Shown piece by piece: positions 13,190-14,389 of a DNA stretch of 14,389 nucleotides. Source of the DNA: a virus (lineage: Duplodnaviria > Heunggongvirae > Uroviricota > Caudoviricetes). The position numbers were made by a program, and so were the translations under genes. Numbering within the stretch: position 1 is the first letter of the stretch; each line of letters begins with the position of its first letter. The stretch is taken from IMG/VR virus record IMGVR_UViG_3300015157_000027, positions 1 to 14,389 of that record; one strand, given 5' to 3'. The notes under the pieces are model-generated. The model ran no database searches. It saw only the letters and a list, made by a program, of their open reading frames with translations, and was not told where the DNA came from.

Positions 13190-14389
13190 TCATAAAATAG
13201 ATTTCGTCTTTGTAACAATAACATCTACAAAATCGCCTGCAGATATAGCTGATGGTACTGTATCTGCAAGAGTAATCTTTCCTGAAGAGATGTTTTGCAC
13301 ATCTAATAATTTATTTTCAACCCCATCCGTATATACCAATTTGACATCACTGAATGGAGGGTAATAAGTGACTGTTCCTTGGTATACATATATTTCACTG
13401 CCTGAAATTGATTTCACTACATACCTGCCCCTTACAAGATTAATTTTGATTTCAGATAAATCGGTTTTATAACAGGTAATTCCTGAACCAATGTTAGCCA
13501 TACTAATATCAGTATCACTATAATAAGTAATTGCTTTTCCTTGTTTTAAGGTGAAGTTATCTTTGCTTTTCCTTGGCAAGGATGTGCTATTTTTGTAATA
13601 TCTACCAGTTAAGCATAGCCATGAAAATGCAGTATTCGCTACATTACCACCAGAATACACAGCTAAACGAATTGCACTAACTGGAACCCCTTCATTATTA
13701 ATCCTGATCTTAATGGAAGAAATGTTAGCAACAGTAGCATATCTATGGTTAGATGAATCCCATTGCATAGAAGAAGTTATTGCTTCTGTTTGTGAAGTTA
13801 TGACATTCCCATCTCCATCTAATGCATACAGGTAAATGCGAAACGATGCCGTATCTGCTGAGAATGTAAACATATCACCATTTCTTACTGGTACATCTCC
13901 AGATTCCCATAACAACCCAAAATTCCGCATAAAAGCAAACTTAGAAGAAACTAGGTGACGGATATTATATAAACCATCTACATCTGTTTGATATGCTAAT
14001 ACACCAACTTCTCCATTGTTGGCACTGGATATAAATGGGGTGTTAGCATTTAAAGAAAACAATGTTACTTCATCGGATATATTTTCCTGAACATGAAATA
14101 CTGCATTCCCCTTGCCATTATCAGTTACCTCTACATAAGTGTAAGGTGATGGATTGTATGGTTCATTTGTATAGTAAGGAGAACTTAACCATGAAGCCTC
14201 AATTGAGTTATTCCACGTATATTCACCAAAGTTAATTATCAACTGTTGGTTAGTTGGGGATGATGGATATCGTTCAAAACGAAACCCGTAGAAGTAATTG
14301 TTATCACCTCTTTGAATATCAATTTTACCTGCCCCCTCCATAGTTCCACCATAAAACTTATTGTGGTTATGATGATATGGATTATCAGC
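13190..14389 (-). CDS. Putative tail fibre / tailspike receptor-binding protein, C-terminal part (N-terminus lies beyond the window)
   Basis: Frame is open from 14389 to the stop at 13190 (the ORF-track start at 14341 is internal). Protein is rich in N/S/T/Y/G as in beta-rich fibre proteins; GC is about 37% versus 50-60% in neighbouring genes; it is the last structural-type gene before the lysis cassette. Function inferred from position and composition only. Confidence 0.45.
   Translation of the reverse strand, partial: ADNPYHHNHNKFYGGTMEGAGKIDIQRGDNNYFYGFRFERYPSSPTNQQLIINFGEYTWNNSIEASWLSSPYYTNEPYNPSPYTYVEVTDNGKGNAVFHVQENISDEVTLFSLNANTPFISSANNGEVGVLAYQTDVDGLYNIRHLVSSKFAFMRNFGLLWESGDVPVRNGDMFTFSADTASFRIYLYALDGDGNVITSQTEAITSSMQWDSSNHRYATVANISSIKIRINNEGVPVSAIRLAVYSGGNVANTAFSWLCLTGRYYKNSTSLPRKSKDNFTLKQGKAITYYSDTDISMANIGSGITCYKTDLSEIKINLVRGRYVVKSISGSEIYVYQGTVTYYPPFSDVKLVYTDGVENKLLDVQNISSGKITLADTVPSAISAGDFVDVIVTKTKSIL

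Noticed and set aside
1-14389. Insertion sequences, transposases, CRISPR arrays, rRNA/tRNA genes
   Set aside because: No transposase-like ORFs, terminal inverted repeats, spacer-repeat arrays or RNA gene structures were recognisable anywhere in the window.

Overview
The whole window is temperate-phage DNA with lambda-like organisation, probably from an Enterobacteriaceae phage or prophage; no host backbone genes are visible. All calls were made by eye from the sequence and the supplied ORF translations; no database search or folding was run. In coordinate order: (1) a minus-strand early-right operon running cro-like -> small zinc-finger-like protein -> O-like initiator with internal origin iterons -> P-like helicase loader -> nin-type region (DUF1064-like nuclease-fold protein, four small overlapping ORFs, lambda-type Ser/Thr phosphatase cut by the window edge); (2) a divergent plus-strand immunity/early-left operon: a CI-like repressor built from two HTH domains with no recognisable LexA-type cleavage domain, a terminator, a pL-like promoter, then small ORF, Gam-like protein, YqaJ-type exonuclease, RecT, AlpA-like regulator, PerC/Pch-like regulator, MT-A70 adenine methyltransferase and a small coupled ORF; (3) a convergent P4-type tyrosine integrase; (4) a 294-bp non-coding repeat-bearing region that is the best attP candidate; (5) the 3' end of a minus-strand late operon: an AT-rich tail-fibre-like gene, a small membrane protein, two holin-like proteins, a GH19-type endolysin and Rz/Rz1 spanins, closed by an intrinsic terminator. 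The most distinctive signal is a 15-bp palindrome, ATTACC-N5-GGTAAT, repeated at the cI/cro switch, at the pL-like promoter, in front of the replication-adjacent zinc-finger gene and, unexpectedly, around a sigma70-like promoter inside the nin region, pointing to a repressor regulon wider than the classical OL/OR pair. Several small proteins of unknown function (nin operon, the ORF at the kil position, the membrane protein between tail fibre and lysis) are the best candidates for undescribed accessory functions, but I could not assign any of them to a defined system from sequence alone.
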